From positions 223,513 through 287,512 of the forward strand of contig JACPAF010000001.1 of NCBI GenBank assembly GCA_016180965.1: a stretch of DNA of 64,000 nt, written 5' to 3'. Positions 54,460-63,796 of the stretch are shown piece by piece. Every line of letters begins with the position of its first letter. The first letter of the stretch is position 1. A program made the position numbers and the translations under genes. The stretch comes from Candidatus Aenigmatarchaeota archaeon. GTDB taxonomy: Archaea > Aenigmatarchaeota > Aenigmatarchaeia > JACPZZ01. Under the pieces are notes generated by a model, which was not told the origin of the DNA, made no database searches, and saw only the letters and a program-made list of their open reading frames with translations.

Positions 54460-55782
54460 ATGGTTTTGGACAAGCTCGGAGAGTCGTTATCAAACGCCCT
54501 AAGAAAAATAGCGGGCAGGGGTTTTGTAGACAAGGCTGTCGTAGATGAATTTATCCGAGATTTGCAGCGCGCTTTGCTGCAGGCTGACGTGGATGTGAAA
54601 TTGGTATCTACGCTTTCAAATAAAATACGCGACAAAGTTTTGAACGAGAAGCCTGCGTCTGGGATTACGGTTAAAGAGCACATGATAAAAACCGTTTATG
54701 ACGAGCTGGTAATTTTTTTGGGCCGCGAAACCGGGTCTGTGGAGTTAAAAAAACAAAAAATACTTTTAGTAGGATTGTACGGGTCCGGTAAAACGACGAG
54801 TTCTGCGAAGCTTGCTAAATTTTTCGTCCGCAAGGGTTTGAAGCCTGCTTTGGTGGGCTGCGACACGTTCCGGCCTGCGGCACAAGAACAGATAATACAA
54901 CTCGGAAGCCAGATTGGCGTGCCTGTTTATGCGCAAGGCAGCGACCCTTCCAAAACCGCCGAGGAAGCGATAAAAAAATTTCCGGAAAGGGATGTAATAA
55001 TCTTCGATTCCGCTGGTCGCAATGCGTTGGATGTTGAATTGGCCGATGAATTGAAAAGATTAAAAGATTCTGTGAAACCGGATGAAATTTTTTTGGTGAT
55101 ACCGGCCGAAATGGGGCAGGCTGCGGGCAAGCAATCTGAGGAGTTTGCAAAGCTTGTGGGCATAACAGGCGTTATAGTTACGAAAATGGACGGCACTGCC
55201 AAAGGAGGCGCCGCACTCAGCTCCTGTGCGATTGTAAATGCGCCGATAAAATTTATCGGTGTCGGGGAGAAAGTTGACGAGTTCGAAAATTACGACCCGA
55301 AACGTTTTGTTTCGCGTTTGATAGGTTACGGCGATTTGCAAAGCCTCGTGGAAAAGGCGGAGGAAATCAAGTCGCCTGAACTTATGAAATCCGCCGAAAA
55401 TATGATGAGCGGTAAATATTCTTTACAGGATTTTTACGAGCAGATCGAATCAATAAAGAAAATGGGGCCTTTGAAGCAGGTGATGCAGATGATACCTGGG
55501 CTCAAGTTGCCGGATGGCATGTTGGATGTACAGGAAAAGCAGATGGCAAAATGGAAAATTGCGATGGAATCAATGACAAAAAAGGAAAAGTCGGATCCGT
55601 CGATTATCGATAATAGCAGGATAAAAAGAATAGCGTCGGGAAGCGGTTTGAAAGACGACGATGTGAAAGAACTGATAAAACATTATGACCGCACGAAAAA
55701 AATGATGAAGATGATGGGCGGGAAAAATTTGAAGCGCGGGGGCTTTGCCCAATTAGCGAAACAGTTTGGAATGAAGATGTGA
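54460..55782 (+). CDS. srp54: signal recognition particle protein SRP54
   Basis: ILLVGLYGSGKTTSSAKLA, DTFRPAA, DSAGR, TKMDGTAKGG, plus a Met-rich M domain. Confidence 0.95.
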   Translation: MVLDKLGESLSNALRKIAGRGFVDKAVVDEFIRDLQRALLQADVDVKLVSTLSNKIRDKVLNEKPASGITVKEHMIKTVYDELVIFLGRETGSVELKKQKILLVGLYGSGKTTSSAKLAKFFVRKGLKPALVGCDTFRPAAQEQIIQLGSQIGVPVYAQGSDPSKTAEEAIKKFPERDVIIFDSAGRNALDVELADELKRLKDSVKPDEIFLVIPAEMGQAAGKQSEEFAKLVGITGVIVTKMDGTAKGGAALSSCAIVNAPIKFIGVGEKVDEFENYDPKRFVSRLIGYGDLQSLVEKAEEIKSPELMKSAENMMSGKYSLQDFYEQIESIKKMGPLKQVMQMIPGLKLPDGMLDVQEKQMAKWKIAMESMTKKEKSDPSIIDNSRIKRIASGSGLKDDDVKELIKHYDRTKKMMKMMGGKNLKRGGFAQLAKQFGMKM

Positions 55783-56264
55783 AACAAATGAGGATAGGAA
55801 TTTTCGGCGATGCGCATATTCCGGACCGCGCATTTGAAATTCCTGATTTAATTAAAAAGGAACTTTACGCATGCGATATGATATTGTGCACCGGAGATCT
55901 GACGGGCGAAGAGGTTGTTGAATTCGTCAAAAATTCGGGCAAACCCCATAAAATGGTGCGCGGCAACATGGATCATCTCGATTTGCCGAAACTGGAAAGC
56001 ATTGATATAGAAGGGAAAAAGATAGTTATTATCCACAGCGATGAAGTCAAACCGCGCGGAGACAGGGATAAGTTGTTTGCGATTGCGGAACGTTATAATG
56101 CAGACATATTGTTGTACGGCCATACGCACGAGCAGGACGTTTGGGAGTTAAATGGAAAAATATTCGTCAATCCGGGTTCCGCTACTGGGTTGGGGCCGGA
56201 CGGCAATCCGCATTGCGCAATAATTGAGATGGGTAAAAATTCATTGAGCGTGAAAAAAACATGA
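55779..56264 (+). CDS. metallophosphoesterase (MJ0936/YfcE-type phosphodiesterase)
   Basis: MRIGIFGDAHIPDRA...GDL...GNMD...GHTHEQ motif series. Confidence 0.65.
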   Translation: MKQMRIGIFGDAHIPDRAFEIPDLIKKELYACDMILCTGDLTGEEVVEFVKNSGKPHKMVRGNMDHLDLPKLESIDIEGKKIVIIHSDEVKPRGDRDKLFAIAERYNADILLYGHTHEQDVWELNGKIFVNPGSATGLGPDGNPHCAIIEMGKNSLSVKKT

Positions 56265-57541
56265 GCATGCAAATTTTGGAAAAAGCAAAGATGATAATGA
56301 AGAACGGTTATGTGTGCGACCATTGTTTGGGCAGGACTTTTGCCCAGCTGACTAAAGGCACGACAAACTCGATCAGAGGCAAAGCTATCCGCGATATTTT
56401 TGCGTTTTCCGCGGAGTCAGGCGAGAAAATTGAAATTGATGAGATTAACATCGACAATTATGATTTCAGGAATGTGAAGCGCAAAATAAAAAAACAGAAA
56501 CCTACCTGTAAAATCTGTGGGAATTTTTTCGATGGTTTGGGATCAATTTCCAAGAAGGCCATTGACAAATTATCTAAATTTGAATACGACAACTTTGTGG
56601 TCGGAACGAAAGTTTCCGGGGATATAGCAGGACGCGAAGAGAATTTATGGGAGGAGGTTGGCGCCGAGCATTGTGAGCCCATCAAAGCGGAAATAAACAG
56701 GGAGCTGGGGAAATTACTTGAAAAAAAGACGGGCAGGAAAGCGGATTTTGAAAACCCCGATATTGTAATTTTGCTGGATATGGATAAAAACGACATAGAA
56801 ATAAAGCCGTCGCAGGTCTGGGTTTACGGCTTATACCAGAAACTTGCGCGTGGCATACCGCAGACGAAGTGGCCTTGCCGCAATTGCGGCGGAAGAGGCT
56901 GTGAAAAATGCGATGGCAAGGGCAAAATGTATCCGACATCGGTAGAGGAAATTATAGCGAAGCCTTTGATCAAAGCTGCGAAGGCTTCGGCGAGCAGCAT
57001 GCACGGAGCAGGCCGTGAGGATATTGACGCGCGTTGTTTGGGATGGAGGCCGTTTGTGATGGAGCTGCAGCATCCGATGAAAAGGAAATTACAATTGAAG
57101 AAACTTGAGAAAGAGGTTAACAGAGATCGCAGGGTTAAAGTTAAATTGGTAAAATTTTGCAGCAAGGAAACGGCCAGAAAAATAAAGGCGGCCAAGCTGA
57201 CGAAAACGTACAAGATTATAGTGGCTTTTGAGAAACCGATAAATAAGGATGATATCAAAAAAATACTGGGTATAAAAAATCTGGTTAAACAGCGCACTCC
57301 AGTGCGGGTGGCGCACCGCCGAGCCGATCTTGTCAGGGAGAGGCGCATTCTGGGCTTAAAAGGAAGGATTATTTCCAAGAAGGAGGCTGAGTTTTTTGTA
57401 AAAACCGAGGCGGGCATGTATGTTAAAGAGCTAGTTTCCGGCGATGACGGGCGAACGGAACCGTCATTCACGGGAATAACGAACAACAAGGCCAAGGTGA
57501 AAGCTTTGGACGTTGTTGAGATAGGAAAAATCAAGGTTTAA
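56261..57541 (+). CDS. pus10: tRNA pseudouridine synthase Pus10
   Basis: N-terminal Zn-binding CDHCLGR...CKICG and CRNCGGRGCEKCDGKG, THUMP region, catalytic GREDIDARCLGWRPF and VAHRRAD. Confidence 0.8.
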   Translation: MSMQILEKAKMIMKNGYVCDHCLGRTFAQLTKGTTNSIRGKAIRDIFAFSAESGEKIEIDEINIDNYDFRNVKRKIKKQKPTCKICGNFFDGLGSISKKAIDKLSKFEYDNFVVGTKVSGDIAGREENLWEEVGAEHCEPIKAEINRELGKLLEKKTGRKADFENPDIVILLDMDKNDIEIKPSQVWVYGLYQKLARGIPQTKWPCRNCGGRGCEKCDGKGKMYPTSVEEIIAKPLIKAAKASASSMHGAGREDIDARCLGWRPFVMELQHPMKRKLQLKKLEKEVNRDRRVKVKLVKFCSKETARKIKAAKLTKTYKIIVAFEKPINKDDIKKILGIKNLVKQRTPVRVAHRRADLVRERRILGLKGRIISKKEAEFFVKTEAGMYVKELVSGDDGRTEPSFTGITNNKAKVKALDVVEIGKIKV

Positions 57542-57575
57542 TATGTTTGCGGGTTAATTAAACAAGGCGAAACCT

Positions 57576-57860
57576 ATGGTAACGAGATCTCATGGTGTAA
57601 GGTGGGGAACAAGAAAGAAGTTGAAAAAGCACGATAAAACACCCATAACCAAATATTTGCAGTCTTTTGTTGAAGGCGATGTGGTCGTGATATTGCCCGA
57701 TTCCGCGTCTCCGCAAGGCATGCCTTTTCCCAGGTTCAAGGGAATGGCCGGCAAGATCGCGGGAAAGAGGGGAAAAGCCTATATTGTCAGCGTAATGGAC
57801 GGCAACAAGATGAAAACCCTGGCTGTCAAACCTGAACATATACGGAGGCTGGGAAAATGA
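57576..57860 (+). CDS. rpl21e: ribosomal protein L21e
   Basis: MVTRSHGVRWGTRKKLKKH...GKRGKAYIVSV. Confidence 0.85.
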   Translation: MVTRSHGVRWGTRKKLKKHDKTPITKYLQSFVEGDVVVILPDSASPQGMPFPRFKGMAGKIAGKRGKAYIVSVMDGNKMKTLAVKPEHIRRLGK

Positions 57861-58177
57861 AAGTAGTGCAGGAGAAATTCGTTTCCTACCCGAAGGCTAA
57901 AAAAATCCTGGAAGAAAGGGAGAAAGAAGGAGCATTGAGTTACGAACAGAAATCCAGCCTTGAACACCTGCGCAAATTCTCCAAACTTGAAGACGATGGA
58001 AAGATAGCCGAAGAGTTGCATTCCATAGAAAAACTGCGCGAAGACCTTGTTGTTAAAATAATAAATAATTTGCCTAAGGCGGCTGAAGATGTAAAAGTCC
58101 TGTTTCAAAAAGATGTCATAGACCTTTCCGACGAGGACATAGCCAAGATCATAGAAATAACGAAAAAGTACGCCTGA
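57857..58177 (+). CDS. rpoF: RNA polymerase subunit Rpo4/F
   Basis: Acidic helical protein of 106 aa overlapping L21e. Conserved L21e-RpoF gene order. Confidence 0.6.
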   Translation: MKVVQEKFVSYPKAKKILEEREKEGALSYEQKSSLEHLRKFSKLEDDGKIAEELHSIEKLREDLVVKIINNLPKAAEDVKVLFQKDVIDLSDEDIAKIIEITKKYA

Positions 58178-58189
58178 TTCTTTTTTGAA

Positions 58190-58200
58190 TAATATTTAAG
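58190..58200 (+). promoter_or_regulatory. putative archaeal TATA box for pilin gene 1 (leaderless transcript)
   Basis: AATATTTAAG centred about 27 nt upstream of ATG 58223. Confidence 0.3.
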
Positions 58201-58222
58201 AGGCAAAAACGAAAAGTATCTC

Positions 58223-58678
58223 ATGGCTCAGCCTTTTAACAAAGGAGTTTCACCTCTAGTCGCATCAGTACTTCTCATATCATTTACCATGGCAATAGCT
58301 GCGATATTGGCGACTTGGGCCACACAATACATGACACAACAAACTACTACGCTAACCACGAAAGGCAACGAGGCTAATTGTGTTTATGCCAGGATGAACC
58401 TGGACACGTACAGTTACGATAAAACGGGCAACCAGCTGATAATGATAGTAAATAACGACGGCAGGGTCGGGCTGCAAAATTTCACGCTATTCCTTTACAA
58501 CGGAAGCGGCATAAGCCGTATCTCATTAGAGACGGATACGAGCGTTACGAACAGGCAAAACACAACGCTACCGCCCGGCGAACCAAGATCGTTTATAGTC
58601 AACGGGGTTGCGAACGTAACGAGGTTTAGGGTGGTTTCCAACTGTCCGGAATATTCATTCGTAGATAAAACGGTTTAA
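58223..58678 (+). CDS. archaeal type IV pilin (Pilin_N-type class III signal peptide), paralog 1
   Basis: MAQPFNKGVSPLVASVLLISFTMAIAAILATWATQY. Many N-x-S/T sequons. Confidence 0.7.
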   Translation: MAQPFNKGVSPLVASVLLISFTMAIAAILATWATQYMTQQTTTLTTKGNEANCVYARMNLDTYSYDKTGNQLIMIVNNDGRVGLQNFTLFLYNGSGISRISLETDTSVTNRQNTTLPPGEPRSFIVNGVANVTRFRVVSNCPEYSFVDKTV

Positions 58679-58717
58679 AAATGTTTATAAGTATCTGGCC
58701 GACAATTAATAATTAAG

Positions 58718-59179
58718 TTGAAGGGATTGAATTTGAACAGAAAGGGTTTGTCTCCATTAATAGCGTCCGTACTTCTGGTTGCGTTCACCATGGCAGTCGG
58801 GGCCATCATAATAAACTGGATCACAGGTTTTACACAGCAGCAGACTACGGGTTATTCTGTTCTTACGATTGACAATTCCGAAGTTAATGTTGTGGGCAGT
58901 GTGATTAACGTAACTGTTACGTATGCCGGCGGGACTGAGATATTGAATATTACAGGATTCAGCGTGCGCGATGCGAATGGGGTTACGTATACGAATGCGA
59001 CAATACTGACAAACCTTGCTGCCAATGAAACGAGGAACTGGGCTGTTGGAACTCAGAACAAATTTGTTAATTATATATTGACTGGTACCGTACCTGCAGG
59101 TGTGGCTTGGAGCGAGTTGCGCGTGACAGGATTATGCCAAAGCCAATATGCGGTTACCGGCGTAACGAGACCGTCTTAA
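58718..59179 (+). CDS. archaeal type IV pilin, paralog 2 (TTG start)
   Basis: (M)KGLNLNRKGLSPLIASVLLVAFTMAVGAIIINWITGF. TATA-like TTTATAAG at 58684-58691. Confidence 0.65.
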   Translation: MKGLNLNRKGLSPLIASVLLVAFTMAVGAIIINWITGFTQQQTTGYSVLTIDNSEVNVVGSVINVTVTYAGGTEILNITGFSVRDANGVTYTNATILTNLAANETRNWAVGTQNKFVNYILTGTVPAGVAWSELRVTGLCQSQYAVTGVTRPS

Positions 59180-59188
59180 ACACTAAAA

Positions 59189-59701
59189 ATGATATTTATG
59201 GGCTCAGATTTTAAAGATATTTTGAACAGAAAACAGAAAGGTTTGTCACCTCTGATAGCTTCGGTGCTTCTGATAGGGTTTACAATGGCCGTTGCTGCCA
59301 TATTGGTCGTTTGGATTACAGGCTTCACGCAACAACAAACTACAACAGTAGGGCAACGCGCTGATTTGCAGACTAAATGCAGCTATTCAAGTTTCACGGT
59401 ACCAAGAAATGATGTTGCAGTTGTTGCTAACACATTGAACGTTACTGTGATATACTCAGCCGGTTCGGAAGTGTTGAACATAACTGGGTTTGAAGTGCGC
59501 GATACAAACGGTATATCATACGTGAACATAACTATCGTAAACGGCAGTGCGGTACAAAACCTCGCTGTGGGCTCTGTGACCAAATTTAGTAATTACATAC
59601 TCAGTGGTTCGCTGCCAGGCGGAGTTTCATGGAGCAGGGTCCGCGTTACTGCATTATGCCAGAACCAGTACACGGTTGTCGGCTCAATTTCATCTGCATA
59701 A
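59189..59701 (+). CDS. archaeal type IV pilin, paralog 3
   Basis: MIFMGSDFKDILNRKQKGLSPLIASVLLIGFTMAVAAILVVWITGF. C-terminal SWSRVRVTALCQNQY shared with paralogs 2 and 4. Confidence 0.7.
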   Translation: MIFMGSDFKDILNRKQKGLSPLIASVLLIGFTMAVAAILVVWITGFTQQQTTTVGQRADLQTKCSYSSFTVPRNDVAVVANTLNVTVIYSAGSEVLNITGFEVRDTNGISYVNITIVNGSAVQNLAVGSVTKFSNYILSGSLPGGVSWSRVRVTALCQNQYTVVGSISSA

Positions 59702-59749
59702 ATTTTCCAACCCTATTTATTTAACAGCCGAAGAACAAATTACATTGTT

Positions 59750-60183
59750 ATGAAACATTTGAAAGGCCTTTCTCCATTAATAGCGTCCGTACTTCTGGTT
59801 GCGTTCACCATGGCAGTCGGGGCCATCATAATAAACTGGATCACAGGTTTTACACAGCAGCAGACTACGCGCTTTACGTCTCACGCACAGACGTTTCCGT
59901 AATTGGGAATACGGTTAATCTGACTGTCACATATACCGCGGGCACGGAAATCCTCAATATAACTGGGATAGAAGTGCGTGACGCGAACGGCATTTCCTAT
60001 GTCAACGTCACCATACCAAACACAGATAATGCCACTAGAAATATCGGTTTGGGATCGGTGAATAAATTAACGAATTACATACTCAGCGGTACGTTGCCGG
60101 GTGGAGTTTCATGGAACCGCGTTCGTGTGACTGCGTTGTGCCAGAACCAAGTGGCGATTTTGGGCCTTACGCAGCCGTCTTAA
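59750..60183 (+). pseudogene. disrupted type IV pilin paralog 4: N-terminus (50 codons) and C-terminal part lie in different frames, with the shift at the end of a 99 nt perfect repeat
   Basis: 59771-59869 is identical to 58751-58849 of paralog 2. Frame A ends TTRFTSHAQTFP* at 59902. Frame A+2 continues ALYVSRTDVSVIGNTVNLTVTYTAGTEILNITGIEVRDANG...VTALCQNQ to 60183. Confidence 0.6.
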
Positions 60184-60230
60184 ACAAATTTATTGCCAAT
60201 CGGATAAAATAATTGATAAGGAATGATAAA

Positions 60231-60695
60231 ATGGAAAGAAAAGGTGTGTCTCCGCTCATTGCAACAGTCCTTTTGATCGCGTTTACAATGGCAGTCGCAA
60301 TAATATTGAGCAACTGGGTTTTGGATTATTCGCGCACACAGACGCAAATACTCAACGAAAAGGGTTCCAAACAAGTTGGATGCTCATCGGCGTGGCTGGC
60401 GTTCCAGGGCCCGGTTTACAATTCGACGCAAAAAAGATTTTCAGTTGAAATAATCAACCAAGGAAATGTCCCGCTCGGAGATTTCAAGATGATAGTCATT
60501 TATAACAACGGCACAAGTTCGGAATACCAGATAGCGCCGGTCAATCTCAGTTTATCACCGGGCACGCCCGCAGCTATCAGCAACACAAGCGTTGACAGCG
60601 TGGCGATAACGAGGGTTAGGATACCTCACAACTGCAGCGGCTCCAACTCCGCCTCGACTGCGACTATGGAGTCCGCGGACATAAAAGTTGCGTGA
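60231..60695 (+). CDS. archaeal type IV pilin, paralog 5
   Basis: MERKGVSPLIATVLLIAFTMAVAIILSNWVLDY. Confidence 0.7.
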   Translation: MERKGVSPLIATVLLIAFTMAVAIILSNWVLDYSRTQTQILNEKGSKQVGCSSAWLAFQGPVYNSTQKRFSVEIINQGNVPLGDFKMIVIYNNGTSSEYQIAPVNLSLSPGTPAAISNTSVDSVAITRVRIPHNCSGSNSASTATMESADIKVA

Positions 60696-60743
60696 TCCGG
60701 TGTAATTTTTAAATTGCTGCGATGTTATTTTTTAGCTGGTTAT

Positions 60744-62021
60744 ATGGAAACTGAATACGATGTTATAGTCGTCGGCGGCGGGCCTGCCGGCTCTTCTTGT
60801 GCGGCGCTTCTTGGGCGCGACGGCATAAAAACTTTGCTAGTCGACAAAGCTTCATTCCCGCGCGACAAGACATGCGGTGACGAAATAAGCGATAAATGCG
60901 CCGATATACTAAGGGACATCGGGGTGGAGGAAGAAGTAAAAAAATTGCAGCATTCCATGATTTACGGCCTAGTTTCGTCTTCGCCGTCGGGCATACAAAT
61001 TGAAACTTCCGAAAGTTCGGGGTTCCACCAGTATGTTTGCAAGCGGGAGATATTTGATAATGTAATTTTTGAACAGGCGAAAAAAAAATCCGAGGCCATG
61101 GAGAATTTCACAGTCACGGATTTGATCATGGACGGTTTTAAAGTTGCGGGCGTCAAAGGCGTAAAAAAGAACGGAAATGAAATCGAGTTGCGCGCAAAAA
61201 TCGTGGTCGGAGCAGACGGCGCGACTTCAATTGTTGCGCGCAAGCTTGGGCTGAACAATTTTGATACTAAAAAATCACATGTTGCAATACGCGCATATTA
61301 TGAAAATGTCGACATGAACCCAGGGCGTATGGAGATACATTTTCTTGACGAATGCATGCCGGGATATTTCTGGATATTTCCTGTGGGGAATAACATGTGC
61401 AATGTCGGATTGGGTATGTTGGCGTCGGAGATACAGGAACGGAGATTAAACCTTAAAATACTCCTTGACTTGGCAATAAAAAATTCCAGGATTTCCTACA
61501 AATTCAAAAACGCAAAACAAATTTCGGAAATAAAAGGCTGGAACCTGCCGACGGGCGCACAAAAAAGGAAACGCGCAGGCGACGGATTTATTTTAATCGG
61601 GGATGCAGCTTCTTTGATAGACCCGCTTACAGGCGGAGGAGTCGGCAACGGAGTAGTTAGCGCGAAAATCGCCGCAGACACAATAAAAAAATCATTGGCA
61701 TCAAATGATTTTTCTTACAATATTCTTTCGGAGTATGAAAAAAATTTAGATAAAAAAATGGAGGGAGAGTTCAAGGAACGGTACAGGATAATGAAACTGA
61801 TGAGCGACATAAATGTTGTGAATTCCGTTTTCGAGGCGTTTGACGGGAAAAATTACCTGGTGGAACAGGTGTTTAAAAATTTTGTGCATACGGGAGGAAC
61901 GAAAAAGCCGGGCATACCGCTGAAGTTTTATTTTGCCGTCCTTCTTAAGCTTGTTTCCAAATTTTTGGGACTAAATAAAAATCACACGACAATTGCGCCG
62001 GCTGCCACCCAAGCCCCGTAG
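60744..62021 (+). CDS. geranylgeranyl reductase (FAD-dependent digeranylgeranylglycerophospholipid reductase family)
   Basis: METEYDVIVVGGGPAGSSCAALLGRDGIKTLLVDKASFPRDKTCGDEIS, VVGADGATSIVAR, GDAASLIDPLTGGG. Confidence 0.8.
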   Translation: METEYDVIVVGGGPAGSSCAALLGRDGIKTLLVDKASFPRDKTCGDEISDKCADILRDIGVEEEVKKLQHSMIYGLVSSSPSGIQIETSESSGFHQYVCKREIFDNVIFEQAKKKSEAMENFTVTDLIMDGFKVAGVKGVKKNGNEIELRAKIVVGADGATSIVARKLGLNNFDTKKSHVAIRAYYENVDMNPGRMEIHFLDECMPGYFWIFPVGNNMCNVGLGMLASEIQERRLNLKILLDLAIKNSRISYKFKNAKQISEIKGWNLPTGAQKRKRAGDGFILIGDAASLIDPLTGGGVGNGVVSAKIAADTIKKSLASNDFSYNILSEYEKNLDKKMEGEFKERYRIMKLMSDINVVNSVFEAFDGKNYLVEQVFKNFVHTGGTKKPGIPLKFYFAVLLKLVSKFLGLNKNHTTIAPAATQAP

Positions 62022-62851
62022 CCTATTGAAACTAGAGCGACTGAGTGTTTGAACCCGCCGAAGAATGAGCCTTCCGCCATTTTACCTATTGCCAGACCTG
62101 AGAACCCGCCCTGGATAATTATCATTGCGGTGAACATCAGATCGTAAAGGTTTTTGTTCACGTCGCCCGATAATCCTCCCTCGAGCCCGCCACCTAAACC
62201 CGAAAGGGACGGTAACAAAAATTTCTGCAGTCCGATTAGTACGGCAAGAAAAACGAAAAATATAGTGTAACCTGTTATCATCTGTCCGTAAATATGCGAG
62301 GCGCGTTCGGATTTTATCCTGTTGACTTCGAGTATTGCGCCTGAAATGGCCTGCAGGACTTCTACAATATTGCCGCCGGAACGGTGGGTTTCTATAATTG
62401 TCGCGACAGTTCGCTTTATTAGAGGGGTTCCGACAGATTCCGAGAATGAGCGCAACACGTCGTCGAAAGGCACGCCCCAGTCCATTTGGGCAGACATTTG
62501 CCTCACATAGGAGTTTAGCTTATCATAATCGTGTTTTGATGCGGCTTTCATCGCTATGGGCAGTGTCATGCCTGCGCGCACTCCGTCCACGACATCGGTG
62601 ATGTAAAGCGGAAATTCGGTTTCTATAGCGCGCGCCCTGGAGTATTCCGAATAACTTATAGCCAGGGACGGGCCCAATGCGAGTAAAACAGCCAGGGATC
62701 CAAGCAGCTGGAAAATCACAGCGTCTTTTGCGAAATAAATCAGGTTTATCGCTGTGACTATCGTGGCGACTACCAGGGAACCTCCGATTATTGCCGTTTT
62801 CTTTTTGTTCCTTAATATCCAGTTTACAATGCCTTTTTTCTTCAATGCCAT
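61982..62851 (-). CDS. pilus/archaellum platform protein, second T2SS-F domain (TadC-like half)
   Basis: 289 aa polytopic protein. ATG is preceded by GGAGGTG and lies 2 nt after the upstream gene's TAA. Confidence 0.6.
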   Translation of the reverse strand: MALKKKGIVNWILRNKKKTAIIGGSLVVATIVTAINLIYFAKDAVIFQLLGSLAVLLALGPSLAISYSEYSRARAIETEFPLYITDVVDGVRAGMTLPIAMKAASKHDYDKLNSYVRQMSAQMDWGVPFDDVLRSFSESVGTPLIKRTVATIIETHRSGGNIVEVLQAISGAILEVNRIKSERASHIYGQMITGYTIFFVFLAVLIGLQKFLLPSLSGLGGGLEGGLSGDVNKNLYDLMFTAMIIIQGGFSGLAIGKMAEGSFFGGFKHSVALVSIGYGAWVAAGAIVV

Positions 62852-62853
62852 TT

Positions 62854-63729
62854 TTACACCTCCGGCTGGGTCATGTGGACGAATGCCAGGAACGCTATGT
62901 TTACCAGCGGAAGGGCCACGAAAATTCCCAGAACCATTATGCTTTCTATTGACGTGCCGCCCAATGCACCGCCTATCATGTTCATTACTGTCAATATCGA
63001 AACCAGGAATAACGGGGCTGCGATTAAAAGGGCGGTATAGAAGTCTGCGTAAGTAGCTAGAAGTTCCATGTATTTTTCCCTTCTTATGCGATAATCGAAT
63101 AAGGAGTCTTTCGCCTGGTCATTCAGGAATTTTTTCAAATCCCCTCCGGTTTCTATACCGGATCTTATGCCTTCCAAAAGCTGTTTGAAATTTTTTGAAG
63201 GAGTCCTTTCGGAAACTTGCTGCATTGAACTGGTTATGCTTAGGCCGAATGTGTCAACATTCCGGACAATTTTTTTTGCCTCGGTTGAAATTTCACCGTA
63301 CTCCTTGAATGTTGCCAGTAAGTTGAACATTACGTAAGTCGGCACGCCGGATGCGGCTATGGCGGCCATGTGGTTTAATGCGAAGGGAAGGTTTGCGTCT
63401 ATCGACCGTTTCCTTGATACCGATTTTTGGTACGGATAAAAAACCATGGCGAGGAAAGTCGACATTGTGAACAATGGGGGCAAGAGAACCGCGAACATTA
63501 CGACGTTTGAAATTTCCATTTTCAGTTCAATTGTCAAAATCCACAGAAGGACCAGTGAAAACAAACCCGCGCCCACGCCGACGGCCGCGGATATCGAGAC
63601 CCATGTTTTCAGCAGATAACGCATTCCCGACCGCTCCAGCCCGACTTTTACGGGCTGCAGTTCTTTTTCATATTTTTCAGGTATCCAGCCGAAAATTGAA
63701 GTGGCCAATGAAACCATGTTGCGAGCCAT
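62854..63729 (-). CDS. pilus/archaellum platform protein, first T2SS-F domain (TadB-like half)
   Basis: 291 aa polytopic protein with a cytoplasmic helical domain between TM segments. Confidence 0.6.
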   Translation of the reverse strand: MARNMVSLATSIFGWIPEKYEKELQPVKVGLERSGMRYLLKTWVSISAAVGVGAGLFSLVLLWILTIELKMEISNVVMFAVLLPPLFTMSTFLAMVFYPYQKSVSRKRSIDANLPFALNHMAAIAASGVPTYVMFNLLATFKEYGEISTEAKKIVRNVDTFGLSITSSMQQVSERTPSKNFKQLLEGIRSGIETGGDLKKFLNDQAKDSLFDYRIRREKYMELLATYADFYTALLIAAPLFLVSILTVMNMIGGALGGTSIESIMVLGIFVALPLVNIAFLAFVHMTQPEV

Positions 63730-63796
63730 TGAGATCTGTATATTATAGTAGCTGTGACCGCTTAAAATCGCTTTTGCCGGACCGCTTGCGAAAAAA

